Shown one piece after another: positions 58,591-60,444 of a stretch of DNA of 60,444 bases. The notes beneath the pieces were generated by a model. The model made no database searches. It saw only the letters and a program-made list of their open reading frames with translations, and was not told the origin of the DNA. The position numbers were made by a program, and so were the translations under genes. The stretch is from Anaerolineae bacterium. Its GTDB lineage: Bacteria > Chloroflexota > Anaerolineae > B4-G1 > SLSP01. The stretch covers positions 1 through 60,444 of the forward strand of contig JALOOJ010000002.1 of the NCBI GenBank assembly GCA_025454475.1, given 5' to 3'. The first letter of the stretch is position 1. Every line of letters starts with the position of its first letter.

Positions 58591-60444
58591 CTAAGGCGCC
58601 GGCCGATCGAAGTCTGGTAGCGCGTAAGATGGGACGCCAGTGAACCGGTCCACGGAGAGAGTCAGCCTTATCTGTGTCGCCGGGGGCAGCTCGATCCTGA
58701 GATGTTTGCTGTTCACGGGCAGGGTCTGTACGGTGGCGGTTGGAATAGCTGCAGCATACTCCCCCCTCGGCGCAGGGTACGGTGCACTGCTGACCTCAGC
58801 CTCACAGGTGTGGAACCGGTGTTCACCCAGCGCGCCCGCCTGCAGGATAACCGATCTCTGCAGTGTCGGGCTAAGGTTCACCAGTGTAACGCACACGTTC
58901 GAGGGTGCGGCCGCACCCGAGGGCACAACCCTCTCAACGAGCGCCGCCAGATCATCCGGAAGTCCTGGTCTTCGTCGGTCCGCATCAAAGTAACGCAAGC
59001 GTGCATTGGGAATACCACCGTAGTAAATCACCTGAGGGCAGCCCATGGTGAGTTGCACCAGAGCTTCGGTCGTCACTGGCTGCAATTGCTGCCAGATATG
59101 AATGTTAGGCCCAGTCGCCATGTCCGTCTCGTCCGCCGCAATCTGTGCCAATCGATGGCACACTTGCGCATAGGCGGCGCCCAGGATGGTCTCCGGGTAC
59201 TGCGGGTTCTCCCCCTGCAGATAGAGCAACCACGGCTCGTCATGGTTCATATCACCCTTGTCGCGAAAAGGAACCACCTTACGCCAGTCGTAACCGCTGC
59301 GCTCCCTGAGAAACTCAATGCGCCTCCAGTCCTCCTCGGCTTCCGTGACATTCCAGACGTTCAGCGGAAACGAGAGCTGCATCGGCTGGAAGTCCATCCA
59401 GCCCTGATCTCCGTAGCGGAAAGGCGTCAGAAACGTCCTCCGCTCCGGTCCAAGAGCTCTCTCGATCCCAATGTAGTGATGCGGCATGCTCATCGCCTCG
59501 GCAGCGACGTCAAAGTCCATCTCGGCGCCCTCTGCCAGCACGCGATCGATTATGCCACGCGGCAGCTCGAAGTAGCGGGGATCCCCGGTGAGCAGATAGG
59601 CGTTGTTGGCAGCTGTGATCGCTGCATAGGCCAGATTGTAGAAACCATGGGGCCAGGTCCAGCCGTATATGCCGCCATACCACTTTCCGTTGTGTAAGCT
59701 ACCCACACGACCGTCGAGCCCCACATTGTCGGGCATCAAGCCGCCGTTCGCCTGAGCCCGCTCCAGCCAGGCCCCTACATACTCGAGAAGCCACGATCGA
59801 TAGGCCTCGTCGCCGGTGAGCAGGAAAGCGTTCATGATCAGGCCGTTGACAAAAAGGTTGTTCCCAACGTCGCCCGATCGAAACCGTGCCGCCATCGCCT
59901 GGCCCATCCTGCGGGCGTTTTCGGGATCGCGCAGATCGTCATACGTGGCAATGCCGGGGACGTCCGTCAGAGGAAGGCCATACTTCGCCATGCCACCCGC
60001 CGACCAGCGATAAGACAGTGCGCTATCGGCTTCAGAGAAACCCCACGCTGGTCCTCCACTGCCGTTGTGTGGCGCCCGGATGATCCTATGGACCGGGTCA
60101 TAGTTCTGGGCCTCAGGATCCTCATTCAGGTAGAACCCGGCGAAACGCCGCGCTCGGTCCGTGTACTTCGGGTTGCCCGGATCAGCCATGCAAAGGTGGT
60201 AGAAGTAGATGTAGCTCTCGCTCTGGTGGAACTGGTCGTAGCCGAACTCATACTCCTTATGAATACGGCCGAAACCGGTCAGTTGACGCGTGATTCCGTC
60301 CCAATGCCGATCGGCCATCTCCAGCAAGTGGTCGCCGCCGCCCAGCGTGTACAACTGCGCGAAGTTGGTGAAGGCCTCGTAGAAATCGTCCATCCCATCC
60401 CGACCGCCCGTCCACCTGTCTTTCCATTTGAGCGAGCCATCAGG
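58591..60444 (-). CDS. Uncharacterised protein (N-terminus beyond window end), possibly an (alpha/alpha)-barrel enzyme
   Basis: The frame stays open to base 60444 (PDGSLKW...DGMDDFYE). Trp/Tyr/Asp/Glu-rich motifs ([24 protein letters not shown]) and a beta-rich C-terminus. Confidence 0.75.
   Translation of the reverse strand, partial: PDGSLKWKDRWTGGRDGMDDFYEAFTNFAQLYTLGGGDHLLEMADRHWDGITRQLTGFGRIHKEYEFGYDQFHQSESYIYFYHLCMADPGNPKYTDRARRFAGFYLNEDPEAQNYDPVHRIIRAPHNGSGGPAWGFSEADSALSYRWSAGGMAKYGLPLTDVPGIATYDDLRDPENARRMGQAMAARFRSGDVGNNLFVNGLIMNAFLLTGDEAYRSWLLEYVGAWLERAQANGGLMPDNVGLDGRVGSLHNGKWYGGIYGWTWPHGFYNLAYAAITAANNAYLLTGDPRYFELPRGIIDRVLAEGAEMDFDVAAEAMSMPHHYIGIERALGPERRTFLTPFRYGDQGWMDFQPMQLSFPLNVWNVTEAEEDWRRIEFLRERSGYDWRKVVPFRDKGDMNHDEPWLLYLQGENPQYPETILGAAYAQVCHRLAQIAADETDMATGPNIHIWQQLQPVTTEALVQLTMGCPQVIYYGGIPNARLRYFDADRRRPGLPDDLAALVERVVPSGAAAPSNVCVTLVNLSPTLQRSVILQAGALGEHRFHTCEAEVSSAPYPAPRGEYAAAIPTATVQTLPVNSKHLRIELPPATQIRLTLSVDRFTGVPSYALPDFDRPAP

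Overview
A GC-rich, gene-dense bacterial window, most likely from an anaerobic Chloroflexota (Anaerolineae-like) genome; this is inferred from gene content and style. From left to right: (1) the end of an FAD-oxidoreductase/DUF1667 operon, two sulfatase-fold hydrolases flanking a TIM-barrel sugar isomerase, and a clan GH-A-like protein; (2) a housekeeping block, tRNA-Thr/Tyr/Thr/Trp-secE-nusG-rplKAJL, with L1 and L10 leaders but no tuf, rpmG or rpoBC; (3) a minus-strand operon encoding a beta-helix protein, a UROD/MtaA-like protein and a glycyl radical enzyme, with no activase; (4) DapA-like, AOR, S2P proteases, AmrS, LDH, Usp, LonC-like protease, YihY and an orphan gyrB; (5) a ~16 kb minus-strand GntR-led cluster resembling anaerobic purine catabolism (YgeY-like hydrolase, knotted-type carbamoyltransferase, carbamate kinase, two PLP enzymes, XDH subunits, an uncharacterised protein with nucleosidase-like motifs, and a tandem SBP); (6) a PA14-repeat protein, a ChbG/YdjC deacetylase, a GPH-family MFS transporter, an L,D-transpeptidase, pgm and a truncated hypothetical gene. 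I found no CRISPR array, prophage, integrase or transposase. The best leads are both sulfatases carrying Thr at the formylglycine position (TxPxR), the activase-less GRE/UROD-like/beta-helix operon, the variant purine cluster with a hidden AMP-nucleosidase-like gene coupled to XDH, and a strand-biased GTTCYGAC motif that seeds independent tandem arrays and falls in protein insertions. All functional calls come from motif recognition by eye; no searches were run.
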